Under the pieces are notes generated by a model. That model ran no database searches. It had not been told where the DNA came from and saw only the letters and a program-made list of their open reading frames with translations. DNA of 60,667 bases, filler included, from Sphacelaria rigidula (lineage: Eukaryota): the NCBI GenBank assembly GCA_964200075.2. It is 5 parts of 5 records of this genome, joined end to end, with 100 filler letters (N's around TTAATTAATTAA, not from the genome) between each part and the next. Parts side by side here need not be neighbours in the genome. Positions count along the whole stretch, not along the records: positions 24,310 to 36,363 come from CAXNAA020004187.1; positions 36,464 to 48,516 come from CAXNAA020004188.1; 3 more parts are not named here. One strand, given 5' to 3'. Shown in pieces: positions 24,958 through 37,259 of the stretch; the first letter of the stretch is position 1, and each line of letters starts with the position of its first letter. The translations under genes were made by a program, and so were the position numbers.

Positions 24958-25431
24958 GTCGCAGCTATCTTCAGGCAGATATTTCAGGTGTTTTCTGTCA
25001 TTGTGTAACTCCTTGTATATAGATATGTGCTGTTTTCCGGCGTAAGAAGAGGCCAGAGTGTACGGTTGGCACAGAGAGAGAGAGGGAGCCTTCACTGTTC
25101 GCCAATGCCCTAGCAGTTTGTTGACGTCGCGTCCATCGAAGGGCTGTCTGAAGGTTGGGTACAAAAGTTGTATCCAGAGATGAGTGTATTTGAGGTGGTG
25201 ATGGTATTATCGCCGAAGCAGCGAAGTAGTCTCTAGTCTAGCACTGTGTAGTCGGCAATCACCCTCGTTTAGTGCAGTTTTTTGTTGCAGATATGTCAGC
25301 ATGTACATAGTCATTGCTTTTATTACAGCATGGTAGCATTCGAGCAAGTTGGTGGTCTTCATAGCGGGATTTTGGACTGCGTGGACGCCAACACTGCCGA
25401 GGCGACTGGACTGCAACTTCCACTTCCCTGA
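24958..25431 (+). CDS. Tentative 3' exons of an unknown gene (24958-24987, 25117-25153, 25337-25431)
   Basis: A phase-compatible GT-AG chain reads VAAIFRQIFQ-FVDVASIEGLSE-AFEQVGGLHSGILDCVDANTAEATGLQLPLP*. A stronger acceptor 8 nt upstream of the last exon would give an immediate stop. Confidence 0.25.
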
Positions 25432-26468
25432 TCGCTGGACATCGGTCACTGAGAGCGCACGACCTAGGTCACGCGAAATCGCGTGTGAAGCTAGAATAGA
25501 TTCACATGGCACTTGATAATGATCATTTTGGTTTGGGTACACGGTACAGTGGGTTCCACAGTTCAAGGCTACCCCCATGCATGGAGAAAAACCCAGCCTT
25601 ATCGCCGTTTTCGGCCGGCATGGACACGTCACGTGTTAACGTCGGATCGGTCTTGAGCCGTATGATAGACTGTAAGGTCGATTCCGTCCTCAAACCGCAG
25701 ACATCCAGACGTGCGGCTGGATGGGCCTGTGTCCACACTAAAATGAACGTGTTTCAACAAGTATGGGGTCCTGGGACACGCAGTATATGGGTTGAGGAGC
25801 AGAGTACGAAAAAATGCGGTCCCAGTTGCTGCATGTGCCTCGACTGTAATAAACAGCCACCTTGTAGCAACTGTTGTGAAAACCTGCGCCAAACGACTAA
25901 CGTTGGAAGATGATTCACAGCGCAGCCCATTCCGCGTATGTGGACACTTTTTTGTGCAGAGCATTTATTTTTGTTTATTTTCAAGACACAAGAAAAAGAC
26001 GCAGACAAACACCCCTTCAGTGCTCTCTGCACGATCACGCTGTGTCTTTAGTTGCCAATTTTGCGAAATTAAGAAGGAAAGAACCGGTACACCAGTATCC
26101 GATATTAAAAGTTCCCCGTATCACACCTACACGGTACAATTCCCCACTGTCCATACCACCTGCAAACCGCCCATCAACTGCGGCCGATAGTATGTATATC
26201 CGTCTACAATTCTTCTTCAAGTGACCGCCGATCTGAAGATGGATTTGGTGCCCGGCGGGGTAGTACGATTGAAGACCGGACTGGGCCTCTGCGAGTGAAA
26301 TCTGACTTACCGCTGTTTTGAAACTTGCAAGCCGAAAACCCGGCATTCACGAGGCAATTGCCTCAAAGTGTTCGACCTAAAAGTGTGGAACCCACTGTTC
26401 GGAGGAGTAGACTCGACGCCTGGGCTCAGATTTCGACCACTTCCTTAATAATTTTTCACACATGGTAC

Positions 26469-26835
26469 AAACACGGGGTTTTACAAATTGGGGATGGATC
26501 TTTTATTGGGGATGAAATACCGGAGTTGACATTTTCGTATCCACATTAAATCTTCGAAATATGTTTCCATTTCTTCACGTGCTGGTAGCTATTGACAACT
26601 ACTACACGCCATACAAGTCTGGACGGACGCCAAAATTGATTCTTCACCCAGGACCCCGACATTTCCGTTATCGAAATCCAAATTTGTATGGTGGATAGTA
26701 GTTGTCAAAAGCTACCAGCAAGTGAAGAAATGGAAGCATACTTCAAAGATTTGGTGTGGATACGAAGATTTCAATTCTCTGGGTTTTCATTCCCAACAAA
26801 AAATCCATCCCCCCAATTCGTAAAATCCCGTGTTT
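26469..26835. mobile_element. Long-TIR palindromic MITE, copy 2
   Basis: aaacacggggttttacaaattggggatggatc is inverted to atccatcccccaattcgtaaaatcccgtgttt; homologous to 13890-14311 with a shorter centre. Confidence 0.85.
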
Positions 26836-28813
26836 ATATCTTGTTTTGCCATATATCGAGATTTCGGAGTTCCCACAGTATGGAGTCGCTGGCGTACCAG
26901 ATAGAGAAGCAAGATAGTTTCCGCGTGCCGGAAGTCACAACACGACCACGACGCGTTGTTCTGTGACATTCGAGGGGGACATGTGAAAGTAGATATTTTG
27001 TTGTTCGCGTCAATTTTGTTCTCTTCGCATGACCGCAGCACCCTGAAATGTCGACAAAAACGAGAGTCGCGAGGAGTAAGAGAACCACCGGCGTGACAGA
27101 TTGGTTACTCCTTGCGGTTGAAAACCCCTTCCGCCGCGGGTGTGGGGGGCGCAACCCTTCGTCGTTTCACCGATATTGGAAAGCAGGGTTCTTCGGCCTC
27201 ACGGCCAATGTTTCTTGTACATGTCGGAGGAAGAGGAGAACGCGGCATATGCGCGTGGTCGGTAGTATACGTTTTACGTTTATTCGACGACCAAGAACCG
27301 AAGCGATGAGCTCTTTCACTGGTCATGAATGTCACGGCCTGATCCGAAGGTTGTAGCGCGCGTTGGCAGAAGGTAAAATTGGGTGAACACTGTTGGCACA
27401 ATGCCGTGAAGTTGAGTTGGTACGGCAACCGTCCAGCGAACTCTCAGCCGGCAGTTGGCACACCACCGCTTGCTGTGTGTGAACGTTATTCTCCGCCGGT
27501 CATACTTCCAAGTGAAACACCAGGCATTCTGCCCACCGAAAATAATCTTCGACTCGTCTCACCTCAGACCCACTGCGCCTCATCGTCTAACTTGGACTGG
27601 AGGGAGGAGGGAGGCATGTACACTGCTATGTCCATCACCAGATATTAGTTGACTGCCAAGTAAAGCCATCGTAATCCCCAATTCGAACGTACAGTACCGG
27701 GTGTCCGAAAAGTGGGTCACACACGATAAAATGGAAGGTGCAACGAATATAGAGAAGATCTTCCTACGACACGAAGAACTCATCGTCATCCACGCGTGCC
27801 TGTTGGCCACGCTGAACTTTCACACGAAACCACGTGCGCCTGACGATAACTTACTCAAAATGAGCGACGAAGACTATTCGCGTGAAAAAACAGATGATAT
27901 TCACGTGTCTGTTAATTTTTTCTGGCTCGTGGAGTAAGCCGTGACGGCCAACTTCCCGTATCTCAGCAGGACTGACCGCCTTTGCCTGTCCTAGTCTCCT
28001 CTGGTACTCCACACGCCATTTGCTTCCCTGGGTCGAATCTAGACGTAGTGAGAGAGGGTCCAAGTACACCCCACGCCGCCGTAAATACGACGGTCTCTGC
28101 CCCACGCCAAGTTAGCTTGCTCGTGACCGTTGTATATATGGCCATCTCCCCATCGTCACGAGTCATTGCTCTCCTCCAGACTTCGCACTCGCACATTCAT
28201 CCAGGCGTTGCGCAATCGGGTCTCTATGGATCCGTTGTCGTCATTCGACGTCGACAACCTGCCTCCCGAAGACGTGTAGCAAGGAAATACATGCATTAGA
28301 CAAGACAACGAAAAACTGATGATGTTGCTCGGTGTGTGGCAGTGCCTTGACCGCACCGCCTGATCACGAAACAAGCGTTTTGTGGAACACTCATCCCGGG
28401 GGAGCGGGGGGGGATGCATCATATGCCGAGAAAGCACGACCAGAGATGGTTGTGCCCAGGGGAAAAATGCTATCGGTGTGAGCGGACGTTGATGACAACG
28501 CACGATGGGAGTCACCACGAGCGAGGCAGCTGACTGCCAAGCAATGGCGAATCGCTCCAACTTTGTATGGTCTTTTTCACCCAGCACGAGTCCAGCCCGA
28601 ACAGCAGGCTCTTTCCAGGGTCGGTGATGCCAGAGGATCCAAATTTTGGGAGCTACGGTGCCATGTATAATGTACTTTCTTCATCGACTGCACGGTAACA
28701 ACGAGAAGATGAAAACTTGTTCACTAGTTGGAAATTCTTCACCAGCACGAGATACATAATTAAGCACACCGAGAAAAGTGACGCTGTGCTCCACAAAGAG
28801 TATACGATGTCAC

Positions 28814-31800
28814 TCACACCTCTGGCTCGATCGAAGTAGTGTCGTCCTTTTTGAGGAAACCCTTCACCACATATTTGTCCACCGCTGGTGTTAGCGCCAG
28901 CGCTAGCGCAATGCGCAACGGCACCACCAGACGCGCAAACGTCAGGAATCCCGCTGATAATCCGAACAGCTGGGGGAAACGCGTGGGGGCGCAGGGGACA
29001 GAAGCATAGCAATCGTCGCGTTGTCGGTATCGATGGAACAGGAATGCAAATGTTGGTTCACCATTGGACTACGGTCATTTGGCAACAACATTTTTGTCGA
29101 AAGACGTAAATACCATAGATCATGAGATGTGCTCGCATCATTTGAAAGCGCAACAGGTTAATCGAAGAAATTCAATAATGATGGAATGATTTATTTAATA
29201 TCTCACATCAGCTGATTGCAACAATCCAGCCCGTGGTCAGCAGCAGCAAAAATAGAACATAATAATAAAGAAAGAAAAAAAAAAGGACAGGAATATGCGA
29301 GTGGCATACTGCTCCACTCCAATAGTTTCATGTGTGTGGGGGGGTCGAGAATGTCGCGAGAGCGAACTCGAAAGCGCGGGAATCCCGACAACACAGATTA
29401 TGAGACTCCAAATGGCCGAGTGGACCGCAGTCTACTTGAACAACGTGCACTTGATCTAGGCGAAAGTTTGCTATTACTCTCTGCCGCCTCTCACCCCTGC
29501 TCCTTCCCAACAAAGCAGTGCAGACAGACTATCTCGTGACGGCTAGGAAGTTTCACCGCCTCACAGGCAGACGTACAGATGTATTTAATGCACCGCTGCT
29601 CCCCGGTGGTGTTAAGGTGCAGCTGGAGTACACGAGTAAGGAGAATATGGGTTCGACTCCCGGTAGATGTATGTGCCCTTCGTTCTGCACAAATATTCGA
29701 TTTCGGCAGTTGAAAGCACGAGGGTATGAATGACAAAAACAGTCCATGTTCCGAGAATCGACGAGGTGCGGGAGTGCTGATCCAATCCGCGATGTCAAAG
29801 TGTAAGGCATGTACGGGGGGAGAGATTTGTTGATACCTTGAGACCACGGACTTGTCTTGAGAAAAGGGAGGAGTTGGAATGGGCTTACAAAAAGTCCACT
29901 CGGATACCCCCTCCCTGTGGTAACTTACGAACTGAACACACCTTTTCCTTCCCTTCCAACGATGACAGGTCAAGCCACTCTCCCGTACTCTCGTAGTATC
30001 CAAACACAGCAAGCGGGATGCTGATTACCCAGAAAGCCAGCTCTGTTCCTCCGTACGCGAGCGCGCCGGCAAGCCCCGCCGACTTGATCTTATCCTTCAG
30101 ATCGATCTCGGGTTCACCCGGTGGGCTCTTCACCCCCCACGCCACAAGTGCCTTGTCCAACGCCTGCTCAAGATTGAGAAGAGGATATATAGACCAGGCA
30201 ATCGACGAGATGAAGTTTGTCAGGAAGGGATCAAACGCTCCGCTGCATTCTCTGCACTACGATCACGTCGGTCATGGGCACAAGGACTGCGTCTGTCGGC
30301 CATGTCAACTGAGGATCCTCACTGTTCTTCATGACGACAACTCTCATTTTCTCCACATGTACTTGTCGATGGGCACAAATCTACACGCGCAGTGGCGCAA
30401 TCTATTGGCCAGCATTTAAAAATTACGAGGTAGAATGTAGCCTCTATAGGCCGATCCCATTTCCAAAATCTTCTCTAAATTTCCTGCCGCAAGCATTTCC
30501 TCACGTTCATTTCCCCATCTTCGGCTGCGTCGGCGGAAGCATTGCTCACATTCATTTCCCCATCTTCGGTTGCTTCGGCGGACATTCGAAGCAGTGGCGC
30601 CGACTGCTGCAACCGCTGCTCTACGCGGCACCTTCGGCTTGACCGCAGCGGTGATCGACATCCTGTACAACACAGCATTCCGGTGGTTCAGGCAGGGGAT
30701 CAGGAGATATTGGAAGGGAAACAAAGCCCACCGCTGCTCTGCGACGTTTGCCGCACGACGATCTCCATTACCCTCTTTGGCCATAAGTAGCACTGGTGGC
30801 GGTACCGTATGGCACGCGCCCGAGTGAAACTACGCCGTACGACAGTCTTTCCGTATGCTCCACAGATGTTGTGGACTCGTTCCTCTGTTTCAGGTTTTCG
30901 GGTTTCTAAACAACTATGCCGCAGGGGACGATGGAACAAACACATCAGCATGCGTTCCACGCCAACGTACTGCCATGACCTCGGCACGTTTTCATGAACG
31001 GTACGGCATGTACCCCCTGCTGCCGGAGAGTATTTCCATTCGTACTCCCGAATACCCCGCGCCTTTGCGGTGAAAGTGATGATCGTTGGACGGGTTCACG
31101 GAATTGGGAGATCGTGGCCCTGTCGGCGTAGACTGCAAGTGTGTTTGGAACACACACATGAAAAAATCGACGCGGTGTATGTAATGATAATAGCTTAGCT
31201 ACATAAATGGCACCCAGAGGAGGGGCAGCACGGTCGAGTAGCTGTCTGTATACTGTACAGACAGCGCAGGCCTGGCTGAGCTGGTGTACAGTACAGTACA
31301 GCCCAAAACACCCGGCCGACAGCGCAGGCCTGGCTGAGCTGGTGCCACAGTCGGCACAGTAGGACTTAGAGCACAGATACCCGGCACGGCTGTCGACAAT
31401 CATGTTCCCGACAGAACAGTATCATATCGTCTCGGTCGCCAGCGAGGTAAGTGTTGGGTTGGGTTTCCTCCTTCCATCAAGGAAAATAAAATAAAAAATA
31501 ACAGTATAGTATTACCCAAAACAATACGAGTAAGACAGCGCAGGCCTGGCTGAGTTGGTGTCTCCGTCGGCACAGTACTTCCTGGAGCGTAGATATTCGG
31601 CATGGCGGTCAACAACCGGTTGATACCGACAGAGCAATATTGTAATGATCTGAAGACAAAATGCGTAGGTAAATTGAAGCTGAACAAGCGCGGAGTGAAG
31701 GCGACCACCAACGCCAATCTCCTGCCTTGCATCATCTGTACACACGGTCACAACCGCCGCCAAGGCCCTGGTGCCCGCGAACAGGAGGTGTCTTCTCTGT

Positions 31801-32443
31801 ACGGTACTATCAATTGAAGCCGACAAAGCAGTACACAGCGGTCAGTACGGTACAGATCGCTTGGGTACACCAACACAAACTGCGGCACTGTCGCGTTTCG
31901 CCGAACAAGATTCTAATCGATCAATCCAGCGTGCCTAGTGATGAGCTACTGCGATGTCGGCGCAGAAATACATGGCAGCATGAGTACCGGTACACGCTAG
32001 TGGCCCAATGCGAGTTCTAGAAGGCGTACTACGGTATTGTACTGTACAACCCGACTTAGACAAGGAGAGGACACCTCACGATGTTGATTATATTCCATCC
32101 AACGTCCGCACATGATGGCGGTCACAGCAGTACAGTGTGCATGTTCATGATAAATCTGGTGGGCCACGAAGACAAGCGTATACGGGGTGGAGTACAACAA
32201 CTGAACTGTTGGGCAGGGAAATGATAGACGCTGGGCTATCTTATCCATCTGAACACCACTTCTCAAGGGCTGGCCGGGGGTTGTCAACAGTCTGTCGCCG
32301 TCTTGAGCCGGTTGCCTCGTTGCACAAGACTCACCTACGGCGCGCGCGGGAGCACTCGAGATGAAGGCATCGGCGGGCGATGAAAGCAGCACAAGCGCGA
32401 GTGACGCCAGGAATAACACCGATTTCTTCCGTGTCGCAGTCAT
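28814..32443 (-). CDS. Complete 4-exon gene, 199-aa plastid-targeted membrane protein of unknown function (possibly DUF1279/FAM210-like). Exons 32443-32335, 30662-30550, 30163-29942, 28969-28814.
   Basis: Exons sum to 600 nt with GT-AG junctions (phases 1,0,0). Signal peptide MTATRKKSVLFLASLALVLLSSPADA|F (ASAFAP-type), Arg/Ser-rich transit peptide ending PLLRMS, then KIKSAGLAGALAYGGTELAFWVISIPLAVFGY..TGEWLD and FARLVVPLRIALALALTP. Confidence 0.88.
29600..29665 (+). other. tRNA-like/SINE-head remnant with intact B box, antisense in intron 3
   Basis: tccccggtggtgttaagg ... GGTTCGACTCC (29650-29660); no complete cloverleaf. Confidence 0.4.
31261..31580. repeat. Three copies of a ~26-bp motif in intron 1
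   Basis: acagcgcaggcctggctgagYtggtg at ~31261, ~31319 and ~31535; two are followed by gtcggcacagta. Confidence 0.85.
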
Positions 32444-33372
32444 TATCGGCAAAACCTAGCTGAGAGATAGAGACGGTCGCTTGGATGTCGCTCAATGCGC
32501 AGTAGGTATTCAGAGTATTCGGACGTCGCAACCTGAAGTACGTAGGTGTTCGTATGACCACATGCATACGCGTGGCTGCTAGGAAGACTTGCGTGTCATA
32601 CTGGGGAGTGTGGAGTGCAGCGAGTCATTTTATTATTTCACCCGCTTTTTTTTCATTTTCTTCTGTATGCACGACATAGAGTGTCAATTGTTACTACAAA
32701 GTTTACCGCCGGGATGGCATATTCACGAACTACTATTTTTCAACCCCGTTAATACTTGCGATCCGTATCCAAAGCTTATGCAGATGTAATCGACGGGAAG
32801 TCTGATGCCATTTCGAGTCGGTGTGGGTGTAACCGCCTTTTTGTTTTTCGTCCTATGTCGATTTCAAGAAGCCGGCGGGGCGGCTGTGCTCTGCCAGGTG
32901 TTGACGACGATCGTCCATCGCTAGCTTACCTTCGCACCATGAGAAGAGGCGGTGTCGATGATCCAGAGGTATAGACGTGGCTTTGAAGAAACAGGCAGAA
33001 ACATAAAAGTTAAACGTACCCATCGTCTATGCCACAACACGACATGTCCCCATACCCTGACTTTGTGTGAACTACGAGCACTCGTACCCTGCATTTTCTG
33101 CAGTCGATTCTCAACTTACTCCGGAGTACTCAATACTTTGAGGGGACGTAGCTGGAGGGGTGCGACGTTGCAGTGATATTCACTTCCATGCGAGCATGTA
33201 CATGTCATTTCTTATCCGCAGACTGTACCCCTTCCCCCCGTTATGCAATCTTAGTTGCACGGGGTATACGAATAATGACACGTTGGGCGCGAGAGTTACC
33301 CGCAAATGATGTACAACCACCGTCCCGGTATGATAGATCGATCCTCTCCACCACTGGAATTTCAAGGAACAG

Positions 33373-36261
33373 ATGCCCCGTGTTCAGTCAAAACGCCGCA
33401 TTCCATGAGTCAGGGGTTTGAGACTACGGATTACGGCATGCCATCATTCTGGGTGGTGCTTTCTATCACAGAGGAGCTGCTCAGCAGTAATAATGTCAGG
33501 GTTATCCGCAGTGAAGGGCTGCCGACGACAACTGTTTCGGAGGACGACCTCTCGCGCAAAGGGTGAAGGTCATTCTGGAGCAGCAGCGCACATACGGAAA
33601 ATAATATGCACACTTGGTTCTATCGTTGTACAAAAACACCATGACGTGATTTTGTAGCTCGCTTTTCTCGTCCCGGTAAGACAGATCCGGCTATACTTTC
33701 AGCAGTCGATACCCCAGGTATTGTACATTGCTCGGTAATGTGAGTATTCTGGAAATTCCGGAGTACCCGGAGTTTTGTACGCTACCCAAGTGTCTGTGAA
33801 GAATATATTTCGGGACACGTAGACCCCAAGATCGCAAATTCGAGTTTTTGAGGGGGAGGGGGGGGAGGGGGGGGGGCACCCAGCCTCCTGTCCCCTAGTT
33901 TATTGCCGAGGCGTTGGCGGATGCGGTCAGCTGCCGTGTACCAAGATCTTGGTATGGAGACCGCTGAGATGACGGACACACCGCCCTTCCAAGGTCATTG
34001 CCTATTATGATAACATTCATGGGATCATGTACCGTGACGTGTGCCTCGACTACCTACCACTAGTAGTCCGGGCAAATCTGGCGAGGTGTGAGATAATGCT
34101 GCTACTTTTGCTACAGGCTGTCGCTACCGTGCGCTCGTGTGTTGTACAAAGAGATGTGTGAGCGTTACCGGCATCCGAGGTCATCGGAACAGGGCGGGCG
34201 AAGAGCAGAAACAAGTATACAAACCTCGCAAAGCCCGCCAGACTTCTCGCTTGTTGTTAGTGTTTGTTGATCAATTTCTTTCGAAAATTTCAACAAAGAA
34301 GGGAACCCCCCCCCAAAAAAAAACACAAAGAAAACGCAAAAAAAAACCCAGAAAAATCATGAAAATGTTCGAAAAATTACCCTCCGGGAGGGGGGGGGGG
34401 GGGGGGCCTCCGTGTCCGAATATTTTTTCTCGACAGACCCTTGCACTACCTCAGACAGCATTGAAAATACTTGCGCTGTGAGCAACAGGATGATGGGTGA
34501 GCACCGCGTCGTTGAAAAACTAACATCCATGTAGCTGTGCGTGAAAAGTCTCACTATTCGGTAGGCCGTCACCCCAAACTTTTGTCATTCGCATTCTTGC
34601 ATATTTCCACTCTTGGACGCCTGACATCTGTGTTTTATTCACGCGCATGGGCATTTCGCACAACTGCCACATGTTTCATGTCTTGCGCACAAATTCGTAT
34701 AAGGGAGCATCTGCGATCATTTTTTTTTGCGTAGATTGGTTGAACTTGGTCATGCTCCAGTTTCGAAAATGCGCTACAGTGAAGCCGCAGGTACTACGGG
34801 GGAATGGGGTGGATACAGTTCACAGCGTGCAGCGTACCGTACCGCTATACGATGCCGTGCGTAGCGGAATACGCGCGCAAAGTCCGTTCGCACACACCGA
34901 AGTCACCCGGTGATCTAGTGGGCATACATATCGCATATTGCGTTCACACTCACGAATTACATCATGCATATTACACACTTTCTTGCAATGCGCTGGGAAT
35001 ATGACACGCTGGACGCTTGAAGGGTTTTAGGCGTAAATCATTAGAAGCCTTAACCCTAGACGCTTTGGTGTATGCTCAGTGGGACATCTCCCTGTCAGCA
35101 CATACACTTGCCCTCCTCACCGGGCCCGTGGACACCTTATTTTGTCGCCTGTCGTTTTTTATTTGATTGATTGATAGTCGCACTTTAACTGTTGTACGTA
35201 TCGTAAAAAAAGACCACTACTCGTAATGTCGCTCGGTTACCGCCTGTGAACACAGAAGCATATATGCCAGCTAACCTGGAAGTACCCCTCATCATGATGT
35301 ATCATCTTTCCCGCAGAAAGATCCGTCGCTGTTCCCGGAGAGCAGGGTCCGACCATGGATCGTGGATGAAGCAGCCGAGCGCAAGGTGGGCACTTTCACT
35401 GCTATGCATTTGGTGTCTTGAAGCACCGCGCTCATATCGACCGCTGGAATACGAGAGCATTTCCGTCGCCTCTCTTGGTGGTTTCGTTGATCGGCCTTCA
35501 GTTAGCTTTAGTTATGTAGGAAGCATTTCCACTGACGATGATATGAATGACCAAGTCGTTCCGAATCCACACGACTCCTACAATATTAGAACTGTTCCGA
35601 AATTTACGGCCGCCATCGCCCTATATCCAGCGTTCTTCCTGCGCTAAAAATATGCCTGTCGCCGTAAGAGGCTCAACAACCCCCATGTTTCGCATCGACT
35701 CATCGTCTGCTGCGGTGTATGTAGCGATTGTCGTATTCAGGTTGGCTTCAAGATGAGTGAGGAGTCTTTGCAGTGAGGATCTATTAATAGTGTCTTACAA
35801 CTTGAAGCATTTTACGTTTGATCACTGTATCCATACTACACTATTGTTGGGGTGTAGTCACTCTCTCACGCCGTTTTTGCGATCGAGAGTAATTTCATTT
35901 TTATGCTGACGAAACGGATATTGCCTGTTTAATACGCAATACCGACCGAACAATACTGGGCCTATCCGATATCCTCTGATCAGCACTCCCTGCTTCATCC
36001 AAAATTTTTCATGACAGCAAAGCATACCACGGCTCAAACACATCTTACCTACAGGTTCGAGACGATCGGGATGATCTGGAGAGAACTCTCACTTTCGTGT
36101 CGCCGGTGAAAGGACAGGGGCTAAGCACCCTCGATCGAATCCTCGCCGACGACCAGCGAGGGTTCATGTTTTTCAAAGAGCTAGAGCGTCTTCAACTCGA
36201 GAAAAAAGCTTCAGATGAGAAGCAAGCTTCTGGCGTATGCGCTCTACGACCGATCGGCGAG
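33373..36261 (+). CDS. Partial multi-exon gene of unknown product, divergent from the plastid-protein gene. Exons ~33373-33562, 34791-34881, 35317-35385, 36055-36261; continues off the contig.
   Basis: Phase-compatible GT-AG chain: ..YGMPSFWVVLSITEELLSSNNVRVIRSEGLPTTTVSEDDLSRKG-YYGGMGWIQFTACSVPYRYTMPCVAEYARK-KDPSLFPESRVRPWIVDEAAERK-VRDDRDDLERTLTFVSPVKGQGLSTLDRILADDQRGFMFFKELERLQLEKK.. The first exon is unresolved (candidate ATG exon 32939-32968). Confidence 0.45.
33790..34442 (-). mobile_element. MITE-like element with imperfect TIRs and poly-G tracts, intronic
   Basis: Left gtgtctgtgaagaatatatttcgggacacgtagacccc versus right-end reverse complement gggtctgtcgagaaaaaatattcggacacggaggcccc; body homologous to 7590-8120. 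Confidence 0.75.
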
Positions 36262-36363
36262 GTAGGTCCATTCATCGCGTACGTGAAATACGATTTCACA
36301 AAGTCCCTCCGTGGGTGCGAACTCCCCACCTCGGTTGTGGTCGAACCAGGCGTGTGTACAGAG

Positions 36364-36463
36364 NNNNNNNNNNNNNNNNNNNNNNNNNNNNNNNNNNNNN
36401 NNNNNNNTTAATTAATTAANNNNNNNNNNNNNNNNNNNNNNNNNNNNNNNNNNNNNNNNNNNN
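36364..36463. other. Artificial contig linker
   Basis: Identical N44-TTAATTAATTAA-N44. Confidence 0.98.
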
Positions 36464-37259
36464 AGGTTTGAAGACCCTAGCCGTTGAATGACGAAAAGCC
36501 CTTAGGAGTACCGCACGACGCTGCTGATGCGCAATTTTTAGGAGGAGTAGGAAGTGCGTCCGTGGTTTCACATGCCGCCCATCCCTGGTTAGCTGCGGGC
36601 GACGGAGCATAACAACGTTTGTTTGATCGTCGACGGATGTTTTCACTGTTGTTCATGTCGAGGCTCGTGTCCAGACAAAACTCTCGGGCGTCAAGTTGCT
36701 GTCAGTAAGGTCAGTAATGTGCTGTCAGTGACGTGGTGGGGGGATATCACTGCCAACGCAGTGATGTGCCGAGCGGATGATTGGGCGTCCACTGTCCTGA
36801 AGAATCGACGGCCGATGCACAACGTGAGTAGTTTTTTGGACGACTCAACCGTACTGCAAATACCCGTCGAGCTTTCCAATCCGGTTCGAGCATATATGAG
36901 GCCGCAATGTCTCTGTCGAAAGAAAAATCGTTGGCATCCACCCCAAAGACCGCTTCGTACGGTCCCGCCGTACACGCCATCGCAACACCGCATCATGCTA
37001 CATGACAGCATCTCGACCCCGCCCTGAGCCGTACGTTCGAGGCCGCATCCCGACCTGTATGTGAACCAATTGCTTTCACTCTCCAACTGCGCCACTACAA
37101 CTCGAGACTCGAGCGTCATCACTAGTTGCTATTGCCATCACCACCATCATCACCATCGCCATCACTTCCAGTATCACAGTCATCATGGTCATCATCGGGG
37201 GCTACCTCGTCCTCCAACCCCTCTCGACCCGTGTCGCGTCTGACCCTCAGTCACCTTTG

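Noticed and set aside
37061-37243. His-rich ORF as a metal-binding peptide
   Set aside because: Translation of a degenerate (CAT/CAC)n microsatellite.
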